Shown here: one piece after another, positions 9,717 through 21,121 of the stretch | Numbering within the stretch: the first letter of the stretch is position 1 | Layout of the letters: every line of letters starts with the position of its first letter | Source: Magnetococcales bacterium | GTDB lineage: Bacteria > Pseudomonadota > Magnetococcia > Magnetococcales > JADGCL01 | Assembly: GCA_015229005.1 (NCBI GenBank) | Contig: JADGCL010000005.1 | Span: 3,324-67,323, forward strand | Direction: 5' to 3' | DNA: 64,000 bases | Translations under genes and position numbers: made by a program | The notes under the pieces: generated by a model | Databases searched by the model: none | What the model saw: the letters and a program-made list of their open reading frames with translations, nothing else | Told to the model about the DNA's origin: nothing

Positions 9717-10715
9717 ATGCCCCTTTTCATCAACACCAATGTCACCTCGCTCAACTCGCAGCGGAACCTGTTGGGGTCCGCCCAGGTCCAGGGGAGCGCC
9801 TTTCAGCGGCTCTCCTCGGGATTACGGATCAACTCGGCCAAGGACGATGCCGCCGGTCAGGCTATCTCGCAGCGGATGACCTCCCAGGTCCGCGGGTACA
9901 GCATGGCCATTCGCAACGCCAACGATGGCATCTCCTTGACCCAGGTCGCCGATGGGGCGATGACCGAGGTCGTCCAGAGTTTGCAACGCATTCGCGAGTT
10001 GGCCGTTCAGTCGGCGAACGCCTCGCTCAACGATGCCGACCGGGCGAATCTTCAGGCCGAGGCCGATCAGAGGGTTGCGGAGATCGATCGGATCGCCAAG
10101 CAGACCGTGTTCAATGAAACGCCCATCCTGAAAGGGTTTTTCGATCCGAACAATCTGGATGTGGAGGAGTTGGGTGTCGATGGACTGCCCGGGAATGTCG
10201 GGGAGTCGCAGACACTTCATGTCGGGGCCGATGAGGACAAAGTGATCACCTTCAGCGTCGGTTCCGTCACTGCGAAGAAGCTCTTGGGGGCGATTGCCGA
10301 AGATCCACCGTCCACCCCCGATATCCCGGCCGGTCCGGGCGGCATCCCCCCGGCGGTGGTGGGAATTCCTGGCGGGTCGGCGGTCGGCGGGGTGGATGCG
10401 GTGGCGGCGGGGGCGGTCGATATCTCGAACAGTTTCAATGCCGAGGCGACGATCACCCAGATCGATGCCGCCATTGCCTCGGTGGTGAGCTTTCAGGCCG
10501 ATCTGGGGGCCTTGCAGAATCGGTTTCAGGCCGTCATCGAGAATCTGGCCAGCTCCGTGGAGAATATCTCCGCGGCCCGCTCGCGCATCGTCGATGCCGA
10601 TATTGCCGAGGAGACCTCGAAACTCACCAAGGCCTCCATCCTGCAGCAGGCCGGAACCGCTGTTCTGGCCCAGGCCAACCAGCAGCCGCAACTGGCGCTG
10701 CAACTTCTGGGCTAA
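9717..10715 (+). CDS. fliC: Flagellin
   Basis: INTNVTSL, RLSSGLRINSAKDDAAG, LQRIRELAVQ, LGALQNRF, SRIVDAD, LAQANQ. Confidence 0.97.
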   Translation: MPLFINTNVTSLNSQRNLLGSAQVQGSAFQRLSSGLRINSAKDDAAGQAISQRMTSQVRGYSMAIRNANDGISLTQVADGAMTEVVQSLQRIRELAVQSANASLNDADRANLQAEADQRVAEIDRIAKQTVFNETPILKGFFDPNNLDVEELGVDGLPGNVGESQTLHVGADEDKVITFSVGSVTAKKLLGAIAEDPPSTPDIPAGPGGIPPAVVGIPGGSAVGGVDAVAAGAVDISNSFNAEATITQIDAAIASVVSFQADLGALQNRFQAVIENLASSVENISAARSRIVDADIAEETSKLTKASILQQAGTAVLAQANQQPQLALQLLG

Positions 10716-10721
10716 CAGGCC

Positions 10722-11177
10722 CTAGGGCGCTGGCGCCAATCCGCTGAGGGGGACGAGTTCGATGCGGGCGAAGCCGGCGATCTCCGTCGAGCGGGCGTCC
10801 GGGTAGTCGCCGTCGAAGACCACCCGGGAGACGCCGACGTTGGCGAGCATCCCCATGCAGGCGCCGCAGGGGCGGCAGGTCACATAGACGGTCGATTTTT
10901 CCAGGGAGACCCCGTGACGGGCGGCATTGGCGATGCCGTTGGTTTCGGAGTGGGCGCAGGGGCAGAGGTCGAGCCGTTCGCCGCTGGGGATTCCGGCGAG
11001 GCGGCGGTTGCAGACGCTGGGGTGGGGGTAGCCGCTGGGGACGCCGTTGAAGCCGGTGGCGAGCAGGCGGTTGTTGCGCACGAAGACCGACCCCACCTTG
11101 CGCCCGGAGGCACAGGTACTCATCTGCGCCGCGAGGTGGGCGGCGTCCATCCAGTGTCTGTCCCAGGTCGGTCGCAT
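10722..11177 (-). CDS. dCMP deaminase / ComEB family
   Basis: RPTWD start, ATGFNG, HSE (HAE-type), PCGAC Zn ligands. Confidence 0.85.
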   Translation of the reverse strand: MRPTWDRHWMDAAHLAAQMSTCASGRKVGSVFVRNNRLLATGFNGVPSGYPHPSVCNRRLAGIPSGERLDLCPCAHSETNGIANAARHGVSLEKSTVYVTCRPCGACMGMLANVGVSRVVFDGDYPDARSTEIAGFARIELVPLSGLAPAP

Positions 11178-11190
11178 GGGTGTGGAGTTC

Positions 11191-11257
11191 CCTGTTCTGG
11201 AATGAAACGGTCGGGTCCCTGCCTGTTCCGGGATGAAACGACCGGGTCGGGTCCCCG
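11191..11257. repeat. Imperfect tandem duplication (31/36 bp) between the divergent deaminase and cobQ genes
   Basis: CCTGTTCTGGAATGAAACGGTCGGGTCCCTG / CCTGTTCCGGGATGAAACGACCGGGTCGGGTCCCCG. Confidence 0.7.
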
Positions 11258-11382
11258 CCGGTGCGGTTGCCATTCCTGGCACCCTCGGCGGGGACTCTAT
11301 AGGATTTCCCTGGGGGGGAGAACGGCTCGCGAGTGGACGAGGGAGAAGGGATGATGGCGATGATGGCTGGGGTGGGTCGGAG

Positions 11383-12867
11383 ATGAGCTCGGGGGTGCGG
11401 GCGTTGATGGTCCAGGGGACGGGGTCGAACGCCGGCAAATCCCTGATTGTGACTGCGCTCTGCCGGGCGCTGCGGCGTCGGGGGGTTTCGGTGGCTCCCT
11501 TCAAGCCGCAGAACATGGCCCTGAACAGTGCCGTCACCGCCGAGGGGGGGGAGATCGGTCGGGCGCAGGCAGTCCAGGCCATGGCGGCAGGACTCCAGCC
11601 GCATACGGACATGAATCCCATCCTCCTGAAACCGACCGGTGAGCGTCAGGCCCAGGTGATCGTCAACGGTCGTCCCCGCCACAACCGGAGCGCGGTCGAC
11701 TACCATCGGGACAAGCCGCAGCTCATGGGGGAGGTGATCGAGGCCTTCACGCGCCTTGGTCGACGCCACGAGTTGGTGATCGTCGAAGGGGCGGGGAGTC
11801 CTGCCGAGATCAACCTCCGGGAACACGATATCGCCAACATGGGGTTTGCCGAGGCGGTCGATTGCCCGGTGGTGCTGGTGGGGGATATCGACCGGGGTGG
11901 GGTGTTTGCGCAGTTGGTGGGGACGCTGGCGCTCCTCTCCCCTTCGGAGGTGGCGCGGACCCGGGGGGTGATCATCAACAAGTTTCGTGGTGATCTGGCT
12001 CTCCTCCGACCGGGGCTCACCTGGCTGGAGGCGCGGATCGGGAAACCGGTCTTCGGGGTGATGCCGCACCTGCCCGGGCTCTTCCTGGAGGCTGAGGACG
12101 GCTTTTTCGCGGACGGGCAGGAGGGGGAATTCGGGGCAAAGGATGGGGACGATCGGCGGCGGCTCAGGGTGGCCTTTCCGCTCTGGCCGCGGATTTCGAA
12201 TCACACCGATCTCGATGCGTTGCGGCTCCATCCCCAGGTCGAGGTCAGGGCGGTCTCCGGGGGCGAACCCTTCCCAGCTTGTGATCTCGTCATTCTTCCT
12301 GGCAGCAAGAACACCCGGGCGGACCTGGAGTGGTTGCGCCGCCAGGGGTGGGAGGAGGCGATCGGTCGGCATTTGCGCTATGGTGGTCGCCTCCTTGGGC
12401 TCTGTGGCGGTTTCCAGATGTTGGGGGAGGGGCTGATCGATCCCGATGGGGTGGATGGAGCGGTGGGGATGAGTTCGGGATTGGGGTTTCTCCCCATGGT
12501 CACCCGCTTTTCTCCGGAGAAGACGCTCCGCAATGTCGCCGGTCACCTGGCATTTGCCGGTGGTGGGGCGGTTGCGGGCTACGAGATTCACATGGGTCAG
12601 AGCGAGGGGGCGGCTCTTGCCCGCCCGGCGCTGGTGTTGGCGGGAGAGCCGCACGGCGCCCGTTCGGCGGATGATCGGGTCGTCGGCTGTTACCTTCATG
12701 GTCTCTTCGACACCCCGGAGGGGCTGGCCTCGCTCCTCGGGTGGGCGGGCGTTGCCGAGGCCCTTCCCCTGGATCTTGCGGCGCGTCGCGAGGGTGGGTT
12801 CGACCGTCTGGCCGAGGCCCTTGAGGCCCATGTTGACGTCGATGCCCTGTTGGCACCCCGGGTTTGA
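11383..12867 (+). CDS. cobQ: Cobyric acid synthase
   Basis: [55 protein letters not shown]. Confidence 0.97.
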   Translation: MSSGVRALMVQGTGSNAGKSLIVTALCRALRRRGVSVAPFKPQNMALNSAVTAEGGEIGRAQAVQAMAAGLQPHTDMNPILLKPTGERQAQVIVNGRPRHNRSAVDYHRDKPQLMGEVIEAFTRLGRRHELVIVEGAGSPAEINLREHDIANMGFAEAVDCPVVLVGDIDRGGVFAQLVGTLALLSPSEVARTRGVIINKFRGDLALLRPGLTWLEARIGKPVFGVMPHLPGLFLEAEDGFFADGQEGEFGAKDGDDRRRLRVAFPLWPRISNHTDLDALRLHPQVEVRAVSGGEPFPACDLVILPGSKNTRADLEWLRRQGWEEAIGRHLRYGGRLLGLCGGFQMLGEGLIDPDGVDGAVGMSSGLGFLPMVTRFSPEKTLRNVAGHLAFAGGGAVAGYEIHMGQSEGAALARPALVLAGEPHGARSADDRVVGCYLHGLFDTPEGLASLLGWAGVAEALPLDLAARREGGFDRLAEALEAHVDVDALLAPRV

Positions 12868-13097
12868 CACACAAAAAAAGCGAGGTAACCGTTCAGGGCT
12901 ATGGGGAAAAATCTGAACGGGGGATGGGCCAGCTCCGGCCTTTCCATGCCCAGTCGGGGATGTTCGCCAAGATGCCGATCTGCCTTCTGAACCGAAATAC
13001 GCAAGGCTTTTGCTGCGGTGGGGTTGTCCAGGGCGATCCATCGGGCGGCGTTGCGCAAATTCAAACGCGCCTGGGGTGAAAGAACGGCGGGCCTCAT
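12868..13097 (-). pseudogene. parE: ParE/RelE-family toxin, apparently C-terminally truncated
   Basis: LSPQA..L....WIA.DNP.AA and LGEHPRLG.ERPEL are present but the terminal V.RVLHG.RD segment is not; the frame runs antisense into cobQ to 12696. Confidence 0.65.
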
Positions 13098-13345
13098 CGG
13101 GAGGTGCTATCGATGACCTCATCCATTTCCGACAGAACCTGATCGATGGTGTAGACACCTTTTTGGTCAGCCTCCTCCTGGGCCGCCAGTAACATGGCAG
13201 TGAACTGTTCCCGTCTACTCTCACGGTCCTGGAGCAGGCGCAGGGCACTGCGCACGACCTCGCTTAGGTTGTTGTAGCGCCCGCTCGCCACGCAGCCACG
13301 GGCGAAGGATTCAAGTTCCGGCGTGAGGTGAACGTTGGTGTCCAT
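13094..13345 (-). CDS. parD: ParD-family ribbon-helix-helix antitoxin
   Basis: NVHLTPELE, VASGRYNNLSEVVRSALRLL; ATGA overlap with the toxin. Confidence 0.9.
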   Translation of the reverse strand: MDTNVHLTPELESFARGCVASGRYNNLSEVVRSALRLLQDRESRREQFTAMLLAAQEEADQKGVYTIDQVLSEMDEVIDSTSR

Positions 13346-13563
13346 GACGCGAGCCTCTCAGAATCGATCCTCTCAGCATCAATGTCCGATGCAGCGTAGA
13401 CCAAGACGAGCCGACTGGCAAGCTGACGTCGCCCTTCGATGAATGGCAATGGCAGCAATGTCAACACATCGTCGATCACAAAAACCGCCGGAATCGGGAG
13501 CCTCTTGCAAAATTTCCGGGCATGGAGGCTTCTTGCCCCGGCAGGTGCGCATTCACTTCGAGC

Positions 13564-16500
13564 CTATCCTTTTGGTGGCTCCAATCGGATCCCCTCTTCC
13601 CGACTCCAGTTTTGGAAATGGGTGAGAGCGGTTTCGAAGTCATAGGATCCAAGCGCCTTCCAAATGGATTGCAACCATCGTTGGCGCCTGTCACTTTGCG
13701 CCATGGGGGCCATTTCCTTGATCACCTTTTCGACGGAACAGTTTGACCTGAGAAGAAACCCGACGGCTTCCTGGAACAGAGGCTCCAGGAGTTCCGGTCC
13801 CGCCTCGTCCGTTTCCGAGGCCGGTCCTTCTGTGTCGGTCTCCAGGCCCGCGAACGCCGCTTGTATCGCTGAAACAACCCGAACCAGTTCGTGGTCCAAG
13901 GTCGCCAAGGCCTCGCCCAACCCGTCCGGCCCCTCCTGAAATTTGATGGAACGTTCGAGATCTCCGGCCAATTCCGCCAACTTCCTGGCTCCGATGGTGG
14001 CTGCGACCCCTTTCAAGGCGTGGATCGTCGAACCGAGGGCCTGGAGGTCGTTCTCGAGCAATTGGCGTTGCATTCGCGCGGACGAGTCGGCTTGATTGGT
14101 TGCAAACTTGAGAAGAACTTTTTTGTAGAGACAGGTATTGCCTCCCAAATGGCGCAAACCCGTGGCGGCCTCGATCCCGGGCAAGGTCAGCGCATCCAGG
14201 GGGGGGGCATCATTTCCCCCGGGAACAGTCTGGGGGGGGTGAAAGGGGCTGGCGCCGGGTCTGCGGTGAATCCATCGAGAGAGGACGGTAAACAATTCCC
14301 TGACGACAATGGGTTTGGCAATATGACCATTCATGCCGGCCTCGAGACATTTGTACCGATCTTCGACCAGGGCATTGGCCGTCATGGCAATGATCGGCAG
14401 CTCCTCCGGGCTTTTCTCCAGACGGATTCTGCGGGTGGCCTCCAGACCGTCCATGACCGGCATTTGGACATCCATCAATATGCCGTCGAACGTCGTCTCC
14501 TTTACGTGATCGAGCGCCTCTTGTCCCGTGGAGGCAATGGTGACGTGGATTCCTGCCTGTTCCAACAACTCCCGCGCCACCAGTTGATTGATCTCGTTGT
14601 CCTCGGCCAAGAGCAGGCGGGCGCCGGCCAGGGTGGAGATGGTATAGTCCTTGTCCGATATTGCCGACGGGCTGCCCCGGGCCTGGAGGAACACCTCCAT
14701 GATGGCATTGAAAAGGGGAATGATCGTGACCGGTTTGGACAAAAACCCGTCGATCAGTCCCTGTTGATGATCGGTGGCGATGACGTCCTTGGGATCGTAT
14801 CCGGAGATCATGATCACGCGCGGGGGGCTGCTCAAGGATGATTCGGTCCTGAGTTGTCGGATCGTTTCCAGACCGTCCATCCCCGGGAGTTTCCAGTCCA
14901 TCAGTACCAGATCGAAGGGCGAGCCTTTCCGATCGGAGGCAACCAGCTCCGCCAGGGCCGCCGGGCCGCTCTCGGTACCCGACGGGAGGCATTGCAACAT
15001 CTCCAGATATTTGGCCAGGACCGTTCTTGCCGTGTCGTTGTCGTCGACGACCAGGACCCGCAATCCACGGAGTTCCCGGGGCAGGAGCGGCATCGACTCC
15101 ACGGAATGGTCGATTTTCCCGAAGCGGGTCGTGAAGGTGAAGCAACTGCCCTCTCCGAGGCGGCTTTCGACGCCGATCTCTCCCCGCATGAGCTCGACCA
15201 GACGTTTGCAGATGACCAATCCCAGTCCGGTGCCGCCATATCTGCGGGTCGTCGAGGAGTCTCCCTGGGAGAATTCCTGAAACAGGTTTGCCCTCTGTTC
15301 GGGTGAAATGCCGATGCCGGTATCCTGCACGACGAAACGCAGAAGAACATCGTCGACGTTGTTCTCGGCAACGGAAATTTTGACCTCTATCCGACCTTTT
15401 CGGGTAAACTTGATCGCGTTTCCGACCAGGTTGACGATGATTTGCGACAATCGGTTGCTGTCTCCGTTCAGCGTCGAGGGAATGTCGCTGTCCTGGTCGA
15501 TGACGAATTCCAATCCCCTCTCCTGGACGTTCACGGTCATCATGGCCACGACATTCATGATGACATCACTCAACGAAAATTTGGCATTTTCAAGGGAGAG
15601 TCGTCCGGCCTCGATCTTTGAAAAATCCAGAATATCGTTGACAAGGGAGAGCAGGGAATTGGCGCTTATGTTGATTTTGTGCAGATAATCTTCCTGCTGT
15701 ACCGTGAGCCTTGTTCGCAGACAGAGCTGAGTCAACCCGATGACCGCATTGAGGGGGGTGCGAATTTCGTGACTCATGCTGGCCAGGAAGCCACTCTTGG
15801 CCTGGGTGGCCGCTTCGGCCTCCTTCTTGGCCAGGAGCAGTTCCGCTTCTACCCGTTTACGCTCGGTAACGTCGCGGGCTGCGGCAAAGATTCCCTGAAT
15901 CTCGCCTTTCTCGTTCTGGTAGAGAGCGGCATTGTAAAGGACCTCCACGGTTCTGCCGTCACTCTGTTTGATGGCCAGGGGGAAGTCTCTGATCGTACCT
16001 TCCCGCCAGACGTGTCGATAGCCGTCACGGGCCTTGTCCGGCTCTGTAAAATAGTCGGAAAAATCGGTTCCTATGAGTTCCGATCGTGTTCTCTCGGTCA
16101 CCATTTCCGTGGCTCGATTGACATCCATGATCTTGCCGGCAGCGTCGATGGTCACCAATGGGTCCAGACTGACTTCGATCAGACTGCGCGCGTACAGAAA
16201 TGCCTCTCGCAGCTTTTTTTCACTATCTTGCAATATTGCTTCCGATAGTTTGCGTTCGGTGATGTCGGTGGAGACGCCGCAAACCGCGTAGGGGACATTA
16301 TCTGCATCCATCAGGGCGAACTTGACGGAAAGGTAAGTGTGGACCCCATCGCCAAGGGGCAGGCTTTCATCGATCTGGATGGGAGTCTTTTTTTCAAGGG
16401 CCAGGCGGTCATTGGCCTGGAGCAGGGATGCTGCATTGGTTGGGAAGATATCGAAATCGGTCTTTCCCTGGACTTCCGGGTCGGAGGTTCGAAGCAGTTG

Positions 16501-18165
16501 TTGATATTTCTTGTTGATGAACAAATATCTCCCATCCATGGCCTTGATGAAAATCACGGCGGGAATGTTGTCCAGGATCGATCTCAGCCGTTTCTCGCTG
16601 TCGGACAGTTCCCGGTTGATGGCCTGCAAGGCCTTCTCGGCCCGCATGCGATGGGTGATGTCCCGGGCGATGCCGTCTATGGCCAGAAGATTTCCCTGAT
16701 CGTCGTAGGTTGGGGTGTTGCGTTGCTCGATCCAGATGGTGGACCGGTCCTTGTGAAGCCAACGCAGAATGACCGAATGTGTAAAACTTTCGACCGTGTT
16801 GCCGGGAATGCCGCGATCTTCCGGATGGACCAGGTTGGAGACGAGCTCCGGGTCGGCGTAGAACTCATTTTGTGTGTAGCCGGTTATCCTGGTGACCGAG
16901 GGGCTGATATATTCGAAACCCGGGGTGTCGAAACGGTAACGGTAGATGATGTCCTGGGCCTGCTCGGCCAGCAGACGAAAGCGCATCTCGCTTTCACAAA
17001 GCGTTTTTTCGGCCAGCTTGCGCTGCGTTATATCCTCTTTTATCCCGAGAAAATGGGTGATGTTCCCGTCTTTGTCTGTGATTGGGGAGATGACTGCATT
17101 CTCCCAAAAATATTCACCATTTTTCTTTTTATTGAAAAATTCGCCACGCCATTCTTTTCCCGAGGCAAGCTGTCGCCAGAGTTGCTCATACACTGCCTGG
17201 TTTGTTTTTCCGGTTTTGAGAAATCGAGGGTTTTTTCCTGTGGCCTCTTCCAAGGTGTAACCTGTTACCTGGCAGAAGCGGGGATTGACATACTGGATAT
17301 TGCCTTCCCGGTCGGTAATGACGATCGAGACCGGGCTCTGTTCCACTGCCAGGGACAGCTGGCGCAGTTTGAGTTCGGTTTGGATGCGCTGGGTGATATC
17401 CTCCACGGCGGCCAGGAAAAAAACTTCGCCATCCGTTGTTTCCGGAATCAATGTGACGGTCAGGTTTCCCCATACGATAGATCCGTCTTTTTTATGATAG
17501 CGTTTTTCAATGTTGAAAGAATCGATGTCTCCGGTGATCAGCTTCTGCAACAACGTGAGATTGCGCTCCACATCGTCCGGGTGGGAGATTTCGGCGATGG
17601 TGCGGCCTCGAAGTTCATCAGGGGTATAGCCCAGCATGGTACAAAAGGTGGGGTTGGCCTCCGTGATGATTCCCGACCGGTTCGCCTGTACGATCCCCAC
17701 GCCGACGTTGTCCACCATGGTGCGAAACTTGGCCTCGCTCCGACCGAGGCGCAGCAGGGTCTGTTCCTGTTCCTGGCGCATCTTGTGGAGCTCCAGGAAA
17801 ACCTGCACTTTCGATAGGAGGACCCTCTCGTCCAGGGGTTTTTCGATGTAGTCCACGGCCCCGGATTGATAGCCCCGGAGTTGGTGATGGCGATCCTTGT
17901 AGGCTGCGGTGAGAAAGATGATCGGAATGTGGGCGAGGCGTTTGACCCCGCGTACCATTTCCGCCACCTCGTAACCATCCATCTCCGGCATGTCCACGTC
18001 CAGCAGGATCAGGGCGAAATCCGTTTCCATCAGAATTTCCAAAGCCGTGGACCCGGATTCGGCCTCGATCACTGTGGCCGCCGCAGACCCCAGCAGTCGT
18101 CGCATGGCGACGAGGTTTCCGGGGCGGTCATCGACGACGAGAATTTTTGCTGGGGTTTCGTTCAT
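13564..18165 (-). CDS. Soluble hybrid histidine kinase REC-5xPAS-HisKA-HATPase-REC-REC-Hpt
   Basis: ILVVDD/LLDVDMP; five PAS domains ending in DIT/DVT; SHEIRTPLN; [10 protein letters not shown]; GGTGLGL; IHALKGVA; ATGA overlap. Confidence 0.93.
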   Translation of the reverse strand: MNETPAKILVVDDRPGNLVAMRRLLGSAAATVIEAESGSTALEILMETDFALILLDVDMPEMDGYEVAEMVRGVKRLAHIPIIFLTAAYKDRHHQLRGYQSGAVDYIEKPLDERVLLSKVQVFLELHKMRQEQEQTLLRLGRSEAKFRTMVDNVGVGIVQANRSGIITEANPTFCTMLGYTPDELRGRTIAEISHPDDVERNLTLLQKLITGDIDSFNIEKRYHKKDGSIVWGNLTVTLIPETTDGEVFFLAAVEDITQRIQTELKLRQLSLAVEQSPVSIVITDREGNIQYVNPRFCQVTGYTLEEATGKNPRFLKTGKTNQAVYEQLWRQLASGKEWRGEFFNKKKNGEYFWENAVISPITDKDGNITHFLGIKEDITQRKLAEKTLCESEMRFRLLAEQAQDIIYRYRFDTPGFEYISPSVTRITGYTQNEFYADPELVSNLVHPEDRGIPGNTVESFTHSVILRWLHKDRSTIWIEQRNTPTYDDQGNLLAIDGIARDITHRMRAEKALQAINRELSDSEKRLRSILDNIPAVIFIKAMDGRYLFINKKYQQLLRTSDPEVQGKTDFDIFPTNAASLLQANDRLALEKKTPIQIDESLPLGDGVHTYLSVKFALMDADNVPYAVCGVSTDITERKLSEAILQDSEKKLREAFLYARSLIEVSLDPLVTIDAAGKIMDVNRATEMVTERTRSELIGTDFSDYFTEPDKARDGYRHVWREGTIRDFPLAIKQSDGRTVEVLYNAALYQNEKGEIQGIFAAARDVTERKRVEAELLLAKKEAEAATQAKSGFLASMSHEIRTPLNAVIGLTQLCLRTRLTVQQEDYLHKINISANSLLSLVNDILDFSKIEAGRLSLENAKFSLSDVIMNVVAMMTVNVQERGLEFVIDQDSDIPSTLNGDSNRLSQIIVNLVGNAIKFTRKGRIEVKISVAENNVDDVLLRFVVQDTGIGISPEQRANLFQEFSQGDSSTTRRYGGTGLGLVICKRLVELMRGEIGVESRLGEGSCFTFTTRFGKIDHSVESMPLLPRELRGLRVLVVDDNDTARTVLAKYLEMLQCLPSGTESGPAALAELVASDRKGSPFDLVLMDWKLPGMDGLETIRQLRTESSLSSPPRVIMISGYDPKDVIATDHQQGLIDGFLSKPVTIIPLFNAIMEVFLQARGSPSAISDKDYTISTLAGARLLLAEDNEINQLVARELLEQAGIHVTIASTGQEALDHVKETTFDGILMDVQMPVMDGLEATRRIRLEKSPEELPIIAMTANALVEDRYKCLEAGMNGHIAKPIVVRELFTVLSRWIHRRPGASPFHPPQTVPGGNDAPPLDALTLPGIEAATGLRHLGGNTCLYKKVLLKFATNQADSSARMQRQLLENDLQALGSTIHALKGVAATIGARKLAELAGDLERSIKFQEGPDGLGEALATLDHELVRVVSAIQAAFAGLETDTEGPASETDEAGPELLEPLFQEAVGFLLRSNCSVEKVIKEMAPMAQSDRRQRWLQSIWKALGSYDFETALTHFQNWSREEGIRLEPPKG

Positions 18166-21032
18166 GCCGTCGGCTCGCTTTCTTCCCCGGCGGATCGCAG
18201 AGCCAGGATCTCTTCCAGTTTGGACAAGACCATTTCCGGGGAGGCAGGCTTGGCCAGGAAGGCATCCGCGCCAGCCTCCAGACATTTTTCCGCGTCGTTG
18301 GCCCCGGTTTGGGCGCCCAGTGCCAATATGCCGATACGATGGAAACGTTTCTTCGCACGAATCGCGTGTGTGGTCTCCGGTCCGTTCAGGTTGGGCAGGC
18401 AGGTATTCATCAGGACGGCATTCACCTCCGGGTGTGTCTCCAACGCCTCGAGGGCTTTCAGACCATCGGCGGCGAGGTGAACCCGGTCGAGGTGCGCCTG
18501 GAGATCCTTGGCGAGAGAATAGGCCGTGCGCATGTCATTTTCCACGATCAGCAGGGAGACCGGTCGGCCATTGATTTGCATCTGGGTCCGGGCTGCCGGT
18601 GGTGCCTCCGCTGCCGGTGGTGCCCCCGCTGCCGGTGGGGGAATGACAGGCGGGGGAGAACTCCTCTCCCAGGGCCCTGCATCGGGCAGCAGGCAGGGGG
18701 AAGGGGAACTCGAAGCCTCGTTGACGGTGGCATGGTCGGTGGTCAGACACGGCAGCAGCAGGGTGAAGGCGCTGCCCTTGCCCTCCTGGCTGTCGAGTTG
18801 GATCGTCCCTCCCAGCAATTGGGCGAATTTGCGGGAGATGGAAAGTCCCAGGCCCGTGCCACGGTATGGCTGACCGCTGCTCCTGTCCACCTGATAGAAG
18901 GCGTCGAAAACCCGCTCCTGTTTTTCGACGGGGATGCCGATTCCGGTATCGGTGACGCGGAAGGCCAGGCGTTCCCCGGGTCGATGCGGGAGAGGCCCCT
19001 CTTCCGCCGGATGCAGGAGGGAAAGAGTGACGCGACCGCCACGTCTGGTGAATTTCAGGGCGTTGGCGAGGAGGTTGCGCAGGATTTGTCCCAATTTTGG
19101 CCCATCGGTGATGAAGTCGGGGGAGAGTGTCGGGTCGAGAAAGACTTCCAGGATCACTCCCCTGCTCTGGGCCATGGGCTGGAACTGGCGACGAATCCCC
19201 TCCAGAAAATGGTCGAGTTGGATGATTTCCGGTTTCACTGCCAGGTGACCTGCCTCGATTTTCGACAGATCCAGGAGGTCGTTGATCAGGTGCAGGAGGT
19301 CTGTGCCGCTGTCGTGGATGACCTGTGCCGATTCTGCCTGATCGGGGGTCAGGCTGCGGTCGTCCGCCAACAGTTGGGAGAGGATCAGCAGGCTGTTGAG
19401 GGGGGTGCGCAGTTCGTGGGAGACGTTGGCCAGAAATTCCGATTTGGCGCGATTGGCCGATTCGGCGGCGTCTCTCGCCTGTATCATCGTCGCCTCGGTC
19501 TTTTTGTGCAGACTGATGTCCCGCAGGGTCCCGGAGGCTCCGGTGGGGGTGCCGTTCGCGTCGAGTTCCACGGTCGCGTTCACGCCTACCCATACCATTT
19601 CGCCGGATCGGTGGATTCCTCTGAACTCCTCCCGAAAGGCGCCCTGCCCCTTTTCCATCAGAACTTGAAACAATGTCGATGCCCGGCCCCGGTCGTCTGG
19701 GTGGACATAGGTGTTGAAATGGTTTCCCAGAGACTCTTCGACCGTATGGCCGACGATCTCTTCCCAGGCCGGATTGAGGAATACCCAGTGCCCTTGGGAA
19801 TCGGTCTGGAAGATGACATCCTTGACGTTTTCCACCATGCGGCGATAGCGGACCTCGAATCTGCTCAGGGTGAGGGCGATCTCCTCGGCTCGCCTCTCGA
19901 TGCGTTCCTTCTGCCCGGAGAGAGACATGACGATGGCAAACAGCAACAGGTCGATCAATATTCCCAGGGTGGCGACGATCAGGGGTTGGAGGCTTTCCAT
20001 TTCGTGTTCGAAGGGGGGACGGCTGGAAAAGCGCACCGTCCAGGTGCGGCCTGGCAGTTCGACGAGGCTGGTGTCGCTGAAGCGGGACGGGGGTAAGGGG
20101 GTATTCTCCGCTTTCTGCTCCCGGGAAGAGTAGAGGAGGCTTTCGGGTTGGACGTCCGATCCGTCGAAGATGGCGAAATCCAGATCGGGAACGCCGGCTC
20201 CCAGGATCCCCACCATCAGGTCCCGGAGGCGAAACGGGCTGTAGACGAACCCCAGAAGGGCGTTTCTGCGTTCATGGATGTTGCCGGTCGGCATGGAGGG
20301 CTTGTAAACAGGCAGATACATGAGGAAGCCGGGTTGGATATCCTCGACGGTTTCCTGCACCAGAGTCACCCTCCCGGAAACGGCAGGCAGCCCGCTGTCG
20401 CGGGCTTGCTCCATGGCCTCGCGGCGCACCCTTTCGGCGAACATGTCATAGCCGAAGGCCCGCAGATTGCGACCGCTGAACGGTTCGAGGAAGACGATGG
20501 CACTGTATTCGGAACGCATCCCTTTTGGGCGGATGGCGAAGCTGTCGAATCCCTCCGAGCGGATGCGTCGGATCAGCGCATCCTTTTCGGCGGGAAGAAG
20601 CATCAGGGAAAATCCGATTCCCTGGATTCCCGGCCAAAAGGTGTCGAGCTGCAGGGTATCCACATAGCTCTTCCAGATCGTTCGGGTCACCTCGGTGGAG
20701 GCGTTGAAAAGACCCACCCCGCCGCGCAGCACCTGTTCGTATTCCCGCATACGTTTCTGGATGGCCACGCGGGCCTCTTCGGTCTTGTAATAAAAATTGT
20801 CCCTGGCGCGTTTCTCGATGGATGAGTTGGAAATGTGCCAGGCAGCAATGGTAATGATGATCGATAAAGCAAGTATGATCCATCTTGTTATCTTGTTGTG
20901 GAACAGATCGGGTGGTGATGGCTTTAACGACTCCGCGATGGTTCGAGTCGGTGAAATCAACCGGGTGACGGGAGTCTCATGTCCCGGTCCGGTCACTCTG
21001 ACCTTTGGCGAAGGGTGGAAGAATTTTCCCAT
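18162..21032 (-). CDS. Membrane hybrid kinase CHASE-PAS-HisKA-HATPase-pseudoREC
   Basis: TM-CHASE-TM (LEPFSGRNLRAFGYDM, VTLVQE), SHELRTPLN, GTGLGL; C-terminal REC has Asn at the phospho-Asp position. Confidence 0.9.
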   Translation of the reverse strand: MGKFFHPSPKVRVTGPGHETPVTRLISPTRTIAESLKPSPPDLFHNKITRWIILALSIIITIAAWHISNSSIEKRARDNFYYKTEEARVAIQKRMREYEQVLRGGVGLFNASTEVTRTIWKSYVDTLQLDTFWPGIQGIGFSLMLLPAEKDALIRRIRSEGFDSFAIRPKGMRSEYSAIVFLEPFSGRNLRAFGYDMFAERVRREAMEQARDSGLPAVSGRVTLVQETVEDIQPGFLMYLPVYKPSMPTGNIHERRNALLGFVYSPFRLRDLMVGILGAGVPDLDFAIFDGSDVQPESLLYSSREQKAENTPLPPSRFSDTSLVELPGRTWTVRFSSRPPFEHEMESLQPLIVATLGILIDLLLFAIVMSLSGQKERIERRAEEIALTLSRFEVRYRRMVENVKDVIFQTDSQGHWVFLNPAWEEIVGHTVEESLGNHFNTYVHPDDRGRASTLFQVLMEKGQGAFREEFRGIHRSGEMVWVGVNATVELDANGTPTGASGTLRDISLHKKTEATMIQARDAAESANRAKSEFLANVSHELRTPLNSLLILSQLLADDRSLTPDQAESAQVIHDSGTDLLHLINDLLDLSKIEAGHLAVKPEIIQLDHFLEGIRRQFQPMAQSRGVILEVFLDPTLSPDFITDGPKLGQILRNLLANALKFTRRGGRVTLSLLHPAEEGPLPHRPGERLAFRVTDTGIGIPVEKQERVFDAFYQVDRSSGQPYRGTGLGLSISRKFAQLLGGTIQLDSQEGKGSAFTLLLPCLTTDHATVNEASSSPSPCLLPDAGPWERSSPPPVIPPPAAGAPPAAEAPPAARTQMQINGRPVSLLIVENDMRTAYSLAKDLQAHLDRVHLAADGLKALEALETHPEVNAVLMNTCLPNLNGPETTHAIRAKKRFHRIGILALGAQTGANDAEKCLEAGADAFLAKPASPEMVLSKLEEILALRSAGEESEPTA

Positions 21033-21121
21033 CAAGGGCGCTCCCCAGAGCTGCCGGGATGTTCCGTTTCGGGGTGGTCGTCGGCCCGTGCCCTTAAAGG
21101 GTCACGGGTAAGGCCTGTTCG

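Noticed and set aside
11178-11382. Cobalamin riboswitch upstream of cobQ
   Set aside because: No recognisable B12 box (GCCACTG...GGGAAG); only a short tandem duplication
10624-13248. Long antisense or alternate-frame ORFs (e.g. 874 aa here, 821-2665, 18147-20096, 7546-8838, 62162-63697)
   Set aside because: Shadows of well-supported genes in GC-rich DNA; no recognisable motifs
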